Shown piece by piece: positions 44,579-54,436 of a stretch of 54,842 nt of DNA. Each line of letters starts with the position of its first letter. The stretch's first letter is position 1. The stretch covers positions 1 through 54,842 of the forward strand of contig JABJOX010000055.1 in NCBI GenBank assembly GCA_018664115.1, given 5' to 3'. The notes below the pieces were generated by a model. It was not told where the DNA came from, did not search any database, and was given only the letters and a program-made list of their open reading frames with translations. The translations under genes and the position numbers were made by a program. Source of the stretch: Candidatus Woesearchaeota archaeon. GTDB taxonomy: Archaea > Nanobdellota > Nanobdellia > Woesearchaeales > GW2011-AR9.

Positions 44579-46921
44579 CTACCCTTCCACAACCCAAACT
44601 TTAACAGTAAACGGTTGTTCTTCAACTGAATCGTCAACAACAACAGCTTCTTCAACAACTTCTGAATAAACATTCACAACCCATTCTTTGGTTACAGAAT
44701 CTCTACCATCTGAAACAACAACTTTAACTTTCTTCTTTCCAGGTGATGTAAATGTTCTTGTGATTGTATCAGTCCCAATAACTTTTTGCTGTCTTAAACC
44801 AAGATTCCATTCATACGACAATTTATCGTTATCTAAATCTTTAACCGCAACATGGAATACTGTTTTCACTCCAGTCTCAACTGTGATTACTTCTTCAGGT
44901 AAGAAATCTAATACTTCAGGCTTCTGATTAACATTCTTCACAATAACCTCAACAGGATGAACAACTTCTAAAGAACCATCAGAAGCAACAAAACTCAAAA
45001 ATACAGTTTCTTGTTCCTTGTTGAACTTTCTATTCCAAGAAGAATATTTACTAACAAGATTATTCAAAAATCCACCCGTCTTTTCAGCAACAGTACTATG
45101 AGCTGGTGCCCAAGTAAATTGGCCATCATTAAATGATGCGCCGAAAGGAATGTTATCTAACCTAATTTTAAGTTCATCATTGTCAGGATCAGTTGCTGAA
45201 ACCCAGAAACTAAATTCTTCTCCCTCATTAACAATGTGTTTATCTTTTTTGATTTTTAAAGTAGGTTCACGATTATTTTTCTTAACTGTTAAATAAACAG
45301 TTTCAGTATTACTCAATTTACCATCAGTAGCAGTAAGTGTAACCGGATAAATGTCTTGATCATCATAATCAGTACTCCATTTACCTGACCTTTTATTTAA
45401 TGGCCAACCATAATAAATTTTAACTTTATCACCATCAGGATCAACTGCTTCAGCATTAAAATCAACAGAATCTAATTCAGTAATTGTTAAATTTTCAAAA
45501 CTTGTAAATTGTGGCATTCTGTTAACATTGTAAACAATTAATTTAACTTCGTTAGAAGTACATAATTCTTTTCCACAAGCGGTTATTGTAAATGGCACAG
45601 TTTTTTTCTTCAAAAAATAATGTTCTAACTTTAACGAACTAAGTAAATTACTAACAAAATTACCTTTCCTTTTAATGTAATCATAACCTGGTGTCCAAGA
45701 GAAAACATTATCTTTTTGATCAAATTCAAAAACTTCTGGGAAGCCAGCAAAACTAACTTCAACTTTATCATTATCAGGATCAGAAACATCAATTTCCCAT
45801 AATAATTCTTCATTTTCATTAACATAAATTTTTTCAGGAACATTTAATACTGGCGCTAAATCAACATCTAAAACAATTATTTCAACTTCTTTTTCAACAC
45901 TAAATTCACCATCAGAAGCAACTAATTCCAAATTATACTTCCCTGCATCATTAAAATTAGTTTGCCATTCACCTTCCTTATCAAGTGGAGTTTCAAACGA
46001 ATAAGATAACACGTCACCATCTAAATCAACGTCTGGTAAATCTAAATAAACTAATTCGCCTTCTTTAACAGTTACTGATAAAACATCCAAAACCGGTTTT
46101 CTGTTAACATTTTCAATATTAATAGTCCATTCTTTTTCTGAACTTAAAGTGCCATCAGTTACAACTAATTCTAACAAATGTTCACCTGCAGAATTATAAT
46201 CTAGATAATATTCGCCGGAATTTTCTTCTCCAACAATTTCGCCATCAAATTTCCAGACAAAAGATAATTCTTCTTTATCACCATCAACAGCTTCAACATA
46301 AAATTCTAAATCCTCATCTTCTTCAAAATTAACAATTTTACCTTCTGAAAAAGTATTAATTATTTCTGGTGCTTGGTTTGTATTTGATACAGACACATCA
46401 ACTCTAAATTTTTCATTAAACTCACCATCACTTGCTTCAAATACAGTTACAAAGTTTCCTTCATTATCATAATCAGGTGTCCACTTACCATTGTTATCAA
46501 ATGGCGCATTAAAATTAAAACTGATTGGATCATCATCAGGGTCAGTAACAAGTTTCTTTAAATCAATAGTTTGAGTTTCTTTGATAGAAATTTTATTCTC
46601 TGATAAAATAGGAGGTTGATTTTTATTATCTACAATTACTTTAACTTCTTGTTTAACTTGGTTAACACCATCAGAAGCAGTGATCTCTAAATCATGTTCA
46701 CCAGCATCATCATAATCTGTTTGCCATTCACCTTTATCATCTAACGGCGGAGAATAATAATAAACAATCTTATCATTATCTAAATCAGTTGCTTCAGCTT
46801 TAACTTTAACTAAATCAGTTTCTTGAACATGAAAAGTTTTTACAGCTGCAAAAGAAGTATTAACTAACAAAAATAGAGTCATCAGTCCAATCAGAACTAA
46901 AATTGTTTTTTTATTGTTCAT
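44579..46921 (-). CDS. exported protein with tandem Ig-like/PKD/cadherin-like repeats
   Basis: Signal peptide; repeated D.D.D, GEWQT.YDDAG.Y..(A/V)SDG and N..P motifs. Confidence 0.85.
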   Translation of the reverse strand: MNNKKTILVLIGLMTLFLLVNTSFAAVKTFHVQETDLVKVKAEATDLDNDKIVYYYSPPLDDKGEWQTDYDDAGEHDLEITASDGVNQVKQEVKVIVDNKNQPPILSENKISIKETQTIDLKKLVTDPDDDPISFNFNAPFDNNGKWTPDYDNEGNFVTVFEASDGEFNEKFRVDVSVSNTNQAPEIINTFSEGKIVNFEEDEDLEFYVEAVDGDKEELSFVWKFDGEIVGEENSGEYYLDYNSAGEHLLELVVTDGTLSSEKEWTINIENVNRKPVLDVLSVTVKEGELVYLDLPDVDLDGDVLSYSFETPLDKEGEWQTNFNDAGKYNLELVASDGEFSVEKEVEIIVLDVDLAPVLNVPEKIYVNENEELLWEIDVSDPDNDKVEVSFAGFPEVFEFDQKDNVFSWTPGYDYIKRKGNFVSNLLSSLKLEHYFLKKKTVPFTITACGKELCTSNEVKLIVYNVNRMPQFTSFENLTITELDSVDFNAEAVDPDGDKVKIYYGWPLNKRSGKWSTDYDDQDIYPVTLTATDGKLSNTETVYLTVKKNNREPTLKIKKDKHIVNEGEEFSFWVSATDPDNDELKIRLDNIPFGASFNDGQFTWAPAHSTVAEKTGGFLNNLVSKYSSWNRKFNKEQETVFLSFVASDGSLEVVHPVEVIVKNVNQKPEVLDFLPEEVITVETGVKTVFHVAVKDLDNDKLSYEWNLGLRQQKVIGTDTITRTFTSPGKKKVKVVVSDGRDSVTKEWVVNVYSEVVEEAVVVDDSVEEQPFTVKVWVVEG

Positions 46922-46960
46922 TTTATTCCTACCATTCAAATAAAAAAAGATAAAAAAAAA

Positions 46961-47986
46961 TTAATTTAAATCCAAAGAGATGTCAGTAATCACTGGCGGC
47001 ATGTTTATGTCTTCAACAGTTACAGTAACTTTCTTAGTAACTTTGTCTTTACCATCATCAGCAACAACAGTAACTACATAAACTCCATGATCAGTAAAAC
47101 CAGTTTCCCAGACTCCATCATTTCCTAATGGTTCAGAGATAGTTAAAGTGATTTTATCTTCATCTAAATCTGTGATTAATGGTTTTAATTCAACAACTTC
47201 TCCTTCTTTAATAGTAACGTCTTCTAATCCAGATACTACAGGTAATTCATTAACATCATTAATAGTTAATAAAAAGGTTTTATCAGTATCTAATTCACCA
47301 TCACTAGCAACAACTTTGATATCATACTCTCCAGCAGAAGTGTGGTCAGTTACAAAAGTTCCAGACTTTAATGGTTCTGAAATTGATACTGAAACAGCAT
47401 CTCCGTTTGGATCAGCAACTTTTGGTTCAAAGTTAATTTGTTCACCCTCACTTACAGTAATATCTTTAACTCCAGTAATAGTTGGTGGAACATTAACTCT
47501 CTCCACAATGATCTTAACTTTCTTTTCTGTAGTTAGTTTTCCATCAGTTGCAGTTAAAGTAACTACATACTCACCAGCATCCCCATAATTAGTTTGCCAC
47601 TCACCTTGTTTGTTTAATGGTTTAGTGAAAGCATAAGTAACAACATCTTTGTCAGGATCACTAACTTGAACATTTAACTTTACTAATTCGTTTTCTTTAA
47701 CATTAATAACTTCTAAATCTGATTCATAAACATCAACTTCTTCAACATCTTCAGTTAAGTCTGGAAGAACAATATCTTCTTCAACTTCTTCAAGAAGTAA
47801 ATCTTCTTCAGCTAATTCTTCTTCGAGATTTAATTGCTCTTCAATATTAGCAATCTCATCAATAAGACTTAAATCTTCTTCTGTAACATCATCTGCTGGA
47901 ACATCATAAGCTTTATAATCTAAACATCCTACTAAAAACACAAACATAACTAAAACTGTTAAACTCACCATAACTTTTTTTATCAT
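46961..47986 (-). CDS. lipoprotein with three Ig-like repeats (same family as neighbour)
   Basis: LVGC lipobox-like motif, acidic linker, DPD.D...GEWQTNYGDAGEY..ATDG repeats. Confidence 0.85.
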   Translation of the reverse strand: MIKKVMVSLTVLVMFVFLVGCLDYKAYDVPADDVTEEDLSLIDEIANIEEQLNLEEELAEEDLLLEEVEEDIVLPDLTEDVEEVDVYESDLEVINVKENELVKLNVQVSDPDKDVVTYAFTKPLNKQGEWQTNYGDAGEYVVTLTATDGKLTTEKKVKIIVERVNVPPTITGVKDITVSEGEQINFEPKVADPNGDAVSVSISEPLKSGTFVTDHTSAGEYDIKVVASDGELDTDKTFLLTINDVNELPVVSGLEDVTIKEGEVVELKPLITDLDEDKITLTISEPLGNDGVWETGFTDHGVYVVTVVADDGKDKVTKKVTVTVEDINMPPVITDISLDLN

Positions 47987-48134
47987 TTTAAACTTCCCCC
48001 TCTTAAGACTGCAACAAACATGAGCCTCTTTTGATTAATTGAGTATTCTAGAATGATAACTCGTATTTAAAGATTTATACACAGGAAAGTATATTGTGCA
48101 GGAATAGTTTTAATTGTTAAGAATGAATAAAGAT

Positions 48135-49100
48135 TTAAAATTTCTTTGCAACATTACTAATTCTAACTTCATCAATAGCACCAATAAAACAATGTGCTGG
48201 TATTTGAGTGTACGGTTCTGAACCAATTCCCAAACCCATATTCTCAGTTTTAGTTATCGGTCCCGCTATTTCAAAAGAATCTAAACATTCACCATTAATA
48301 AATAATTTTGCAATTCCTTGTTCATAACTTAACCTTAAATGAGTAAATTTATCTGCTGGAAATAAATAATCAGCTTCCAATAAAACTTTATTTTGAGCAA
48401 TTCCTAAAACACCTACTAATTTAGAAGGTTTTTTTATGAAAAGACCATATCCTTTACATTCTCCATATTCTCCTAAAGGACAAGCAGCTTTATTAATTAT
48501 CCAACCCCGATCACCTTTAAAACTGGATTCTGTTGATTTAGGTTTAATTAATACATCAATGGTAATTTCATCTGGGTTAAGTTCCGGAAAATCAGACAAC
48601 ACAATTGCGGCATTACCATCAAAATATCTTGCATCACCTAAACCATTCTCAGAATTAACTTTTGTAGTCAAACCATATTCTACGGCTTCCTTTTCTGTAC
48701 AATCAGGTTTTAAATAATTTGGAGGTTCAAAATGAAATAAAGCAACACAATTTTCATCGGGTTCATAAGGTTCTAAAATTGATTGAGATATTTCATCAAC
48801 CATGTTTGAATCTTTAATTTCAATCAATTCCTCTAATTCTAAATCAAAAATATTCTTTTGATCTAAAAGTTCATTTTGACCAAATACATCATTAGGAATT
48901 ACTTCATTAAAAGAATCAATTAAATCTTTACCATAATAACTTTCACCATCTAAATTTACAACAGAATCTTTACTTAATGATTCTTCAATTCTAACATCAT
49001 TTGTTAAATCAACATTTGGAACCCAAGGGGCAGGTTTATTTACACATGCAGAAAAATAAGCCAAACTTCCGATTAATAATAATTTATTGTACCAGCGCAT
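48135..49100 (-). CDS. lipoprotein with LamG/concanavalin A-like domain
   Basis: FSAC lipobox-like motif, VALFHF, FDG, LFING and FIGAIDEVRISN. Confidence 0.8.
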   Translation of the reverse strand: MRWYNKLLLIGSLAYFSACVNKPAPWVPNVDLTNDVRIEESLSKDSVVNLDGESYYGKDLIDSFNEVIPNDVFGQNELLDQKNIFDLELEELIEIKDSNMVDEISQSILEPYEPDENCVALFHFEPPNYLKPDCTEKEAVEYGLTTKVNSENGLGDARYFDGNAAIVLSDFPELNPDEITIDVLIKPKSTESSFKGDRGWIINKAACPLGEYGECKGYGLFIKKPSKLVGVLGIAQNKVLLEADYLFPADKFTHLRLSYEQGIAKLFINGECLDSFEIAGPITKTENMGLGIGSEPYTQIPAHCFIGAIDEVRISNVAKKF

Positions 49101-49137
49101 AATATTCACTTCCCATTTATCACCAGAATAATAAAAG

Positions 49138-49249
49138 TGGCCCCGCCGAGATTTGAACTCGGGACTTCACGATGTCTAGACCATACTTGATATATCAGTT
49201 TCGCATCCAATAATGGAACGTGCGCTCTACCAAGCTAAGCCACGGGGCC
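49138..49249 (-). tRNA. tRNA-Ile(GAU) with two 19-nt introns (30/31 at 49200-49218; 37/38 at 49174-49192); CCA not encoded
   Basis: Acceptor GGCCCCG/CGGGGCC-A, T-arm CCGAG-TTCAAAT-CTCGG. Removing both introns gives anticodon arm CACGA-CTGATAA-TCGTG and a 74-nt body. Both junctions form BHB-type structures. Confidence 0.88.
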
Positions 49250-49495
49250 GTAATCAAGCAAAATCTACTCTTCTTTAAAAAGATTACGGCTGTTCTTAAT
49301 ATTAATAGCAAAAAACTAAATTCTCTATTTAGTAACACTGAGACAAATTCGTCATCAGTAGTAAAACTGTTTTTCACTTCCAGAATGGTATCGGGGTGGA
49401 GTATATATTTTAGACTTCAACATTATTTATAAACCGATTCTATTTCCAAAGAAGCTAGGTAGATGTTATAAAAAAAGAGGGGTGGGTGTTTTAAT

Positions 49496-49576
49496 ATGTC
49501 AAATAAAATTTCTTACAGGGCAGCAATGAGTTGTCACACATTAAGTTCTTTTATAGAAAGTGAAGAAGAAGAGTAA
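49496..49576 (+). CDS. possible 26-aa acidic peptide
   Basis: MSNKISYRAAMSCHTLSSFIESEEEE; G-rich SD-like GAGGGGTGGGTG upstream. Confidence 0.3.
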   Translation: MSNKISYRAAMSCHTLSSFIESEEEE

Positions 49577-49585
49577 TTTTTTTAT

Positions 49586-50320
49586 TTATTTTAATTTTTG
49601 ATTATAAAATTCTCTTGCTTGCTCTTTAGAATACTCTAAAGTTCCGCCAACATCCATGCTAACTAACTTAACTCCCTTCCGTTCAAACACTTCTCTGAAT
49701 TCAGAAGAATCATATTGTTTCTTTAATTTTAATTGAAACTCAAGATTCTCAAATTCACAATTATCATCTTTATCCCTAGAATCTAATCTATTAATTACTT
49801 CAGAAACATCTTCAATCGTAGGAACTATCATAAAATCCATTGGATGTCCATAACAGAAAGCGTTTCCTGACAATTTCATAATTTCATCCATGCTAAATTC
49901 TCTACCTAAATCTAAAGCAGTTTGCCGTTGATAAACAATACTTGTAGAAAAAGATCTACTTTGGTAAACATCAATCCCTGCTTCTAGAACCGGAAGTAAT
50001 AATTGTTCATACAAGATATGACGATCTAATGAATAACCTCCTGCAACTGTTTCCGGAGAATAAGTTCTACCATTCTTAGCAATTAACTCATCACGAACTA
50101 TTCTTCCAGCACCAACAAAAGTAGGTTCAGAAGTAAGAATAATATCATAGTTTCCAATAATTTCTTTTGGATTCGGGTGAAAATCATTTTCTTCCCAAAA
50201 CTTATGTACATCAAAAACTCTTTTTCCTGTTTTCTTTGCTTCTTCAACAAAAGTATCTATAATAACTCCTTTACCGCATCCATCTAGTCCATCAACAACA
50301 ATAAACTTACCTCTTTGCAT
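49586..50320 (-). CDS. tmk: thymidylate kinase-like protein
   Basis: GKFIVVDGLDGCGK, TSEPT, SLDR, SRSFSTSIVYQ and FENLEFQ. Confidence 0.8.
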   Translation of the reverse strand: MQRGKFIVVDGLDGCGKGVIIDTFVEEAKKTGKRVFDVHKFWEENDFHPNPKEIIGNYDIILTSEPTFVGAGRIVRDELIAKNGRTYSPETVAGGYSLDRHILYEQLLLPVLEAGIDVYQSRSFSTSIVYQRQTALDLGREFSMDEIMKLSGNAFCYGHPMDFMIVPTIEDVSEVINRLDSRDKDDNCEFENLEFQLKLKKQYDSSEFREVFERKGVKLVSMDVGGTLEYSKEQAREFYNQKLK

Positions 50321-50371
50321 AAGAAAAAGAAAATATAACTTATTAATAAATTATATGGTGCTAGAAAGATA

Positions 50372-51532
50372 TTAATCAAAAAACTTCATCTCATTCAATT
50401 CTTCAGGCAAATGTTCCTGCTTGAAGTTTTTCTTCTCTTCATCACTTAAATCGTGATAATATTGATAATCTTTACCCCAACCTTGATCTTTCAAAAAAGA
50501 AGTTTCTGCGTTCTTCAAATGTATCGGCACATCTAAATTTCCAGTTTCTTTAATCGTTTGTTTAATTTTGTTAACAGCAACATAAACTTGATTATTTTTT
50601 TCAGCTTTAGCTAAATAAACAATCAACTGAGCAAGAATAGTTTCACTTTCCGGCAAACCAATAACTTCATGAGCTTGAAAACATTTGATAGCAAATTCTA
50701 AAGCTTTGTTATCAGCAGCACCAATATCTTCAGAAGCAAATCTGATTAAACGACGAAAAATATATTTCGGATCTTCGCCACCATTTAACATTCTAAAAGC
50801 CCAATATAAAGAAGCATCAACATCACTATCACGCAAAGATTTGTGTAAAGCAGAAATAGTATTATAATGCCATTCCTGATCATAAAAAATATTTATATTA
50901 AGTAATTTCTTTGCTTCTTCTAAAGTCAAATTATCTTTTTTGGACAAAAATTCTAAACTGTTCAAAGATTTTCTTAAATCTCCATCTGAGATGGTACAAA
51001 TGAAATCTATAATCTCTTCTTTAATCTCAATCTTTTCATTCTGACAAACGTGAAATAAATATTTTTTAATTTCAGGTTCAGGAATCTTTTCAAACTTGAA
51101 CACTTTCATTCTGGAAAGCAAAGCATTGTTAACTTCAAACGCAGGATTTTCTGTGGTAGCACCAATTAAAGTCAATGTCCCTTTTTCTACGTGCGGTAAA
51201 AGATAATCTTGTTGCATTTTGTTAAAACGATGAATTTCGTCAACAAAAAGGATTGTTTTCGTTCTAGAAAATAAAAATAAGTTTTTAGCTTTCTCAACAC
51301 ATTCTCGAAGATCTTTTACTCCGCTAGTAACTGCGCTTAGTTCAATAAAATTCAAATCAAGAACGTTAGAAACAATTTTTGCTAACGTTGTTTTACCCGT
51401 TCCTGGAGGACCCCAAAAAAGCATCGAAAAAATGTTATTGTTATCAATATAATCTTTAAGAACAATATTTTCTGAAGTGAAAACAAAGTTGTCCATACTT
51501 TTTGGTCTGACCCGATGTGCTAAAGGTTCCAT
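50372..51532 (-). CDS. rarA: replication-associated recombination protein A (RarA/MgsA)
   Basis: PLA.RVRP, WGPPGTGKTT, DEIHRFNK.QQD, GATTENP, ASEDIG and VPIHLKNA. Confidence 0.95.
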   Translation of the reverse strand: MEPLAHRVRPKSMDNFVFTSENIVLKDYIDNNNIFSMLFWGPPGTGKTTLAKIVSNVLDLNFIELSAVTSGVKDLRECVEKAKNLFLFSRTKTILFVDEIHRFNKMQQDYLLPHVEKGTLTLIGATTENPAFEVNNALLSRMKVFKFEKIPEPEIKKYLFHVCQNEKIEIKEEIIDFICTISDGDLRKSLNSLEFLSKKDNLTLEEAKKLLNINIFYDQEWHYNTISALHKSLRDSDVDASLYWAFRMLNGGEDPKYIFRRLIRFASEDIGAADNKALEFAIKCFQAHEVIGLPESETILAQLIVYLAKAEKNNQVYVAVNKIKQTIKETGNLDVPIHLKNAETSFLKDQGWGKDYQYYHDLSDEEKKNFKQEHLPEELNEMKFFD

Positions 51533-51625
51533 ATCAACTCAGGAGTATAAGCATTTATTAAGATTTTCGTTGTTAGAGTGATTATGACAGAAACATTTAT
51601 ATATTATAGTCCACTATAGTGCACT

Positions 51626-51844
51626 ATGGCAACAACAATTCAGATTAGTGAAGATTTACAACAAGAACTTGCAAACAGAAAAATGTTTACTAAAGAAACT
51701 TATGAAGAAGTAATTTGGGATTTAATAGAGGATACTAAAGAACTTTCTGCAGAAACTCTAAAGAATATTGAGATTGCTAAAAAACAAATCAAAGAAGGAA
51801 AGACTCATAGCCATGAAGAAATTAAGAAAAAGTTAGGTTTGTAA
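51626..51844 (+). CDS. RelB-like antitoxin
   Basis: MATTIQIS...ETYEEVI...GKT.SHEEIKKKLGL, directly upstream of relE. Confidence 0.8.
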   Translation: MATTIQISEDLQQELANRKMFTKETYEEVIWDLIEDTKELSAETLKNIEIAKKQIKEGKTHSHEEIKKKLGL

Positions 51845-51847
51845 AGA

Positions 51848-52099
51848 ATGTACAAACTAATTTATTCTGATGAAGTTTTAAAACAATTAAAGAAATTAGA
51901 TAACATTCTTAGAAAAAGAGTTATTGCAACTTTAGAAAGAATGAGGTTTAGACCACATTCATACACTAAAAAACTTGTTGGGTGTCCTTATTTCTCTTTA
52001 AGAGTTGGAGATCATAGAATTATTTTAGATATTCAAGATAACAAATTAGTAATTTTTGTAATTGAACTAGGCCACAGAAGAAATATTTATAAGAAGTAA
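51848..52099 (+). CDS. relE: RelE/ParE toxin
   Basis: KQLKKL, KKLVG..LRVGDHRII and GHRRNIY. Confidence 0.9.
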   Translation: MYKLIYSDEVLKQLKKLDNILRKRVIATLERMRFRPHSYTKKLVGCPYFSLRVGDHRIILDIQDNKLVIFVIELGHRRNIYKK

Positions 52100-52115
52100 C
52101 TAATTCTCAAAGCAC

Positions 52116-52682
52116 ATGAACAAAATAATTTGCTTAGTTGGAATGTCTGGAAGCGGGAAAAGTGTAGTTGCAGATGTATTAGTTGAAAATGGATTTGAGT
52201 TTGCTCGCTTCGGTCAAATCACATTAGATATTGTTAAAGAAAGAGGCCTAGAACCTTCTGAAGAAAACGAAAGACCAATCAGAGAAGAAATGAGAAAGAA
52301 ACACGGCATGGGTGCTTATGCCACATTAAACATTCCTAAATTTGATAAACTTTTGAAAAAAGCTAACTTGGTCGCCGATGGATTATACAGTTGGTCAGAA
52401 TACAAAATTCTTAAAGAATATTATAAAGACAGATTAACTGTAGTAGCAGTTTTAGCACCGCCAGAAACAAGGTATGCCAGACTAGCGGGAAGAACAGAAG
52501 TTGATGAAAAAATGCGTAACAGACCAGCAACTAGAGAACAAGCTATTGCTCGTGATTATGCAGAAATTGAAAATATTGAGAAAGGCGGCCCGATCGCTAT
52601 GGCAGATTATTATATTCTTAATATTGGAAGTCAAGAAGATTTGGTTGAAGAAAGTAAAAAGTTGTTAGAAAAATTAAATTAA
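52116..52682 (+). CDS. P-loop NMP kinase-like protein (UPF0200/dephospho-CoA kinase-like)
   Basis: GMSGSGKS, DGLYSWSE, APPETRYARL and RD..E...I..AD. Confidence 0.8.
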   Translation: MNKIICLVGMSGSGKSVVADVLVENGFEFARFGQITLDIVKERGLEPSEENERPIREEMRKKHGMGAYATLNIPKFDKLLKKANLVADGLYSWSEYKILKEYYKDRLTVVAVLAPPETRYARLAGRTEVDEKMRNRPATREQAIARDYAEIENIEKGGPIAMADYYILNIGSQEDLVEESKKLLEKLN

Positions 52683-52687
52683 ACTAA

Positions 52688-53314
52688 TCACTTTATTTTC
52701 TTTCTTTTTACTTTGATCCAATAAATGATTCCTATAAACATCAAAATTACTAGAAAAATAACTAATAACAAATAATATTTTCCGAAAAAAGAAATTTTCA
52801 AATAAGGTACTGTTACTGCCGCACTTAGAATTTCTGATAATGGAAATTTTTCTATATCACCAACAGCTAAAACATATTTCCCCTCGTTATTAGAATTAAA
52901 TACTTTGATAACATAATTGCCGGCAGGTAACATTTCAGTACTTTTAAAATCCTCACCAATTTCTGGACCTTTTAAATAATAATCTTTACCAAACTCTTCA
53001 TAAAAAAATTCCCAATCATGATTTTCACCGTCTAAAAAATAAATAATTTCATTATTTCTTGATAATTCAGCTGAAACTTTATGTGTCAATTCAGTTCCCG
53101 GAATTAATACATTAATATAAACATTAAATTCTTGATCTGAATTCAAATAGTAATAGTGCGGTTCTCTATCTAAATTACTATAATATGCTTTAGATATTTC
53201 CGGTTCAATAATATTAGTTCCATCACTATTAACAATTCTTGGTTGGTGTGCAATAACAGAAATTATTAATGATAAAAAAATAACTAACAATAATAAAAAC
53301 ATTGTTTTTTTCAT
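52688..53314 (-). CDS. exported membrane-anchored protein
   Basis: Signal peptide (AHQP), C-terminal TM and basic tail. Confidence 0.75.
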   Translation of the reverse strand: MKKTMFLLLLVIFLSLIISVIAHQPRIVNSDGTNIIEPEISKAYYSNLDREPHYYYLNSDQEFNVYINVLIPGTELTHKVSAELSRNNEIIYFLDGENHDWEFFYEEFGKDYYLKGPEIGEDFKSTEMLPAGNYVIKVFNSNNEGKYVLAVGDIEKFPLSEILSAAVTVPYLKISFFGKYYLLLVIFLVILMFIGIIYWIKVKRKKIK

Positions 53315-53410
53315 TAAACGTTAACAAATATTAAGATTATATAAAACTATTCCTGAACACAACCTTTCTATTATAACAATCAATTTAAGTAAAGCAATCA
53401 TCCAATAAAC

Positions 53411-54421
53411 ATGATAATAGGAATTACAGGATTAGATGGTTCTGGAAAAAATATGGTTACAGAATCTTTAGGACAGAACGGTTTTATTAGAGTTAGTTTT
53501 TCAGACATTTTAAGAGAAGAATTAATTAAAAAGAATCTTAAGATAACTAAAGAGAATCTTATTGAAACTGGAAATAATTTGAGAATAAAGTATGGTCGAA
53601 AAATTCTTGCCAGATTAGCATTACAAAAAGTTGAAGATGGCGAAAATTACGTTTTTACTTCTATTAGAAATCCGTTAGAAGCAGAATTTTTAATGTCCAG
53701 ACACGATTTCTTATTAGTTAATGTTACTGCTCCAGAAAAAATCAGATTAAAACGTTTACAAATCAGAAAATCTGCTGGTGACCCAGAAACATTAAAAGAA
53801 CTAAGAAAACAAGATAAACATGAAAGTTCTCAAGATTCTAAAAAACAACAATTACACAAAGTCACAAAAATAGCTAAAGTAACAATTAACAATGATTCTT
53901 CTTTAGAAAAATTACAACTAAAAGTTAATCAAATGCTTAAAGACTGGATGTATAAATTACAAGATCCTAGACCAGATTGGGACCATTATTTCATGGAAAT
54001 AGCAGAAACAGTAAAATCAAGATCAAGTTGTATGTCACCCAAGAAAGGAGCATTAATTGTTAAAGATAAACAAATCCTTTCTACTGGTTACAATGGTACA
54101 CCCAGAAAGGTAAGTCATTGTACTGCTGGCTCTTGTGAAAGATGTTCATTAAGACATTCTGGAAAAATTAAGTCTGCTGATTATACTTCTGCAATTTGTA
54201 TCTGTGCTCATGCCGAAGAAAATGCTGTTGTGCAAGCTGCAAATACTGGCGCTTCTACAAAAGGAGCAACAATTTATACTACTTTTACTCCTTGTAATAT
54301 GTGTGCTCGAATGATTATTAACGCTGGAATAAAAGAAGTTATTGCTAAAGTTAAATATCCAGACGATGTAGGCACAAAATTGTTAAAAGAAGCGGGTGTT
54401 AAACTAAGAGTATTAAAATAA
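53411..54421 (+). CDS. P-loop kinase-like plus dCMP deaminase fusion
   Basis: N-terminal GLDGSGK; C-terminal RPDWDHYFM, TGYNG, HAEENA and PCNMC. Confidence 0.9.
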   Translation: MIIGITGLDGSGKNMVTESLGQNGFIRVSFSDILREELIKKNLKITKENLIETGNNLRIKYGRKILARLALQKVEDGENYVFTSIRNPLEAEFLMSRHDFLLVNVTAPEKIRLKRLQIRKSAGDPETLKELRKQDKHESSQDSKKQQLHKVTKIAKVTINNDSSLEKLQLKVNQMLKDWMYKLQDPRPDWDHYFMEIAETVKSRSSCMSPKKGALIVKDKQILSTGYNGTPRKVSHCTAGSCERCSLRHSGKIKSADYTSAICICAHAEENAVVQAANTGASTKGATIYTTFTPCNMCARMIINAGIKEVIAKVKYPDDVGTKLLKEAGVKLRVLK

Positions 54422-54436
54422 AAAATTAGAAAAAAA

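Noticed and set aside
49138-49249. tRNA-Met(CAT), Trp(CCA) or Ser readings
   Set aside because: They need C33/T37 or C37, a shifted stem or a long variable arm. Only the two-intron Ile(GAU) model gives a canonical arm with BHB junctions.
5727-49249. Integration of the island at tRNA-Ile
   Set aside because: No duplicate of the tRNA 3' end was seen near the recombinase or the island edges.
49195-49432. ORFs 49195-49377 and 49220-49432
   Set aside because: They overlap the tRNA gene and its upstream region and have no recognisable motifs.
2867-50867. Antisense or nested ORF-track entries (e.g. 2867-3073, 7454-7678, 21803-22201, 31020-31253, 38509-38775, 47148-47588, 50685-50867)
   Set aside because: They are shadows of well-supported genes on the other strand or frame.
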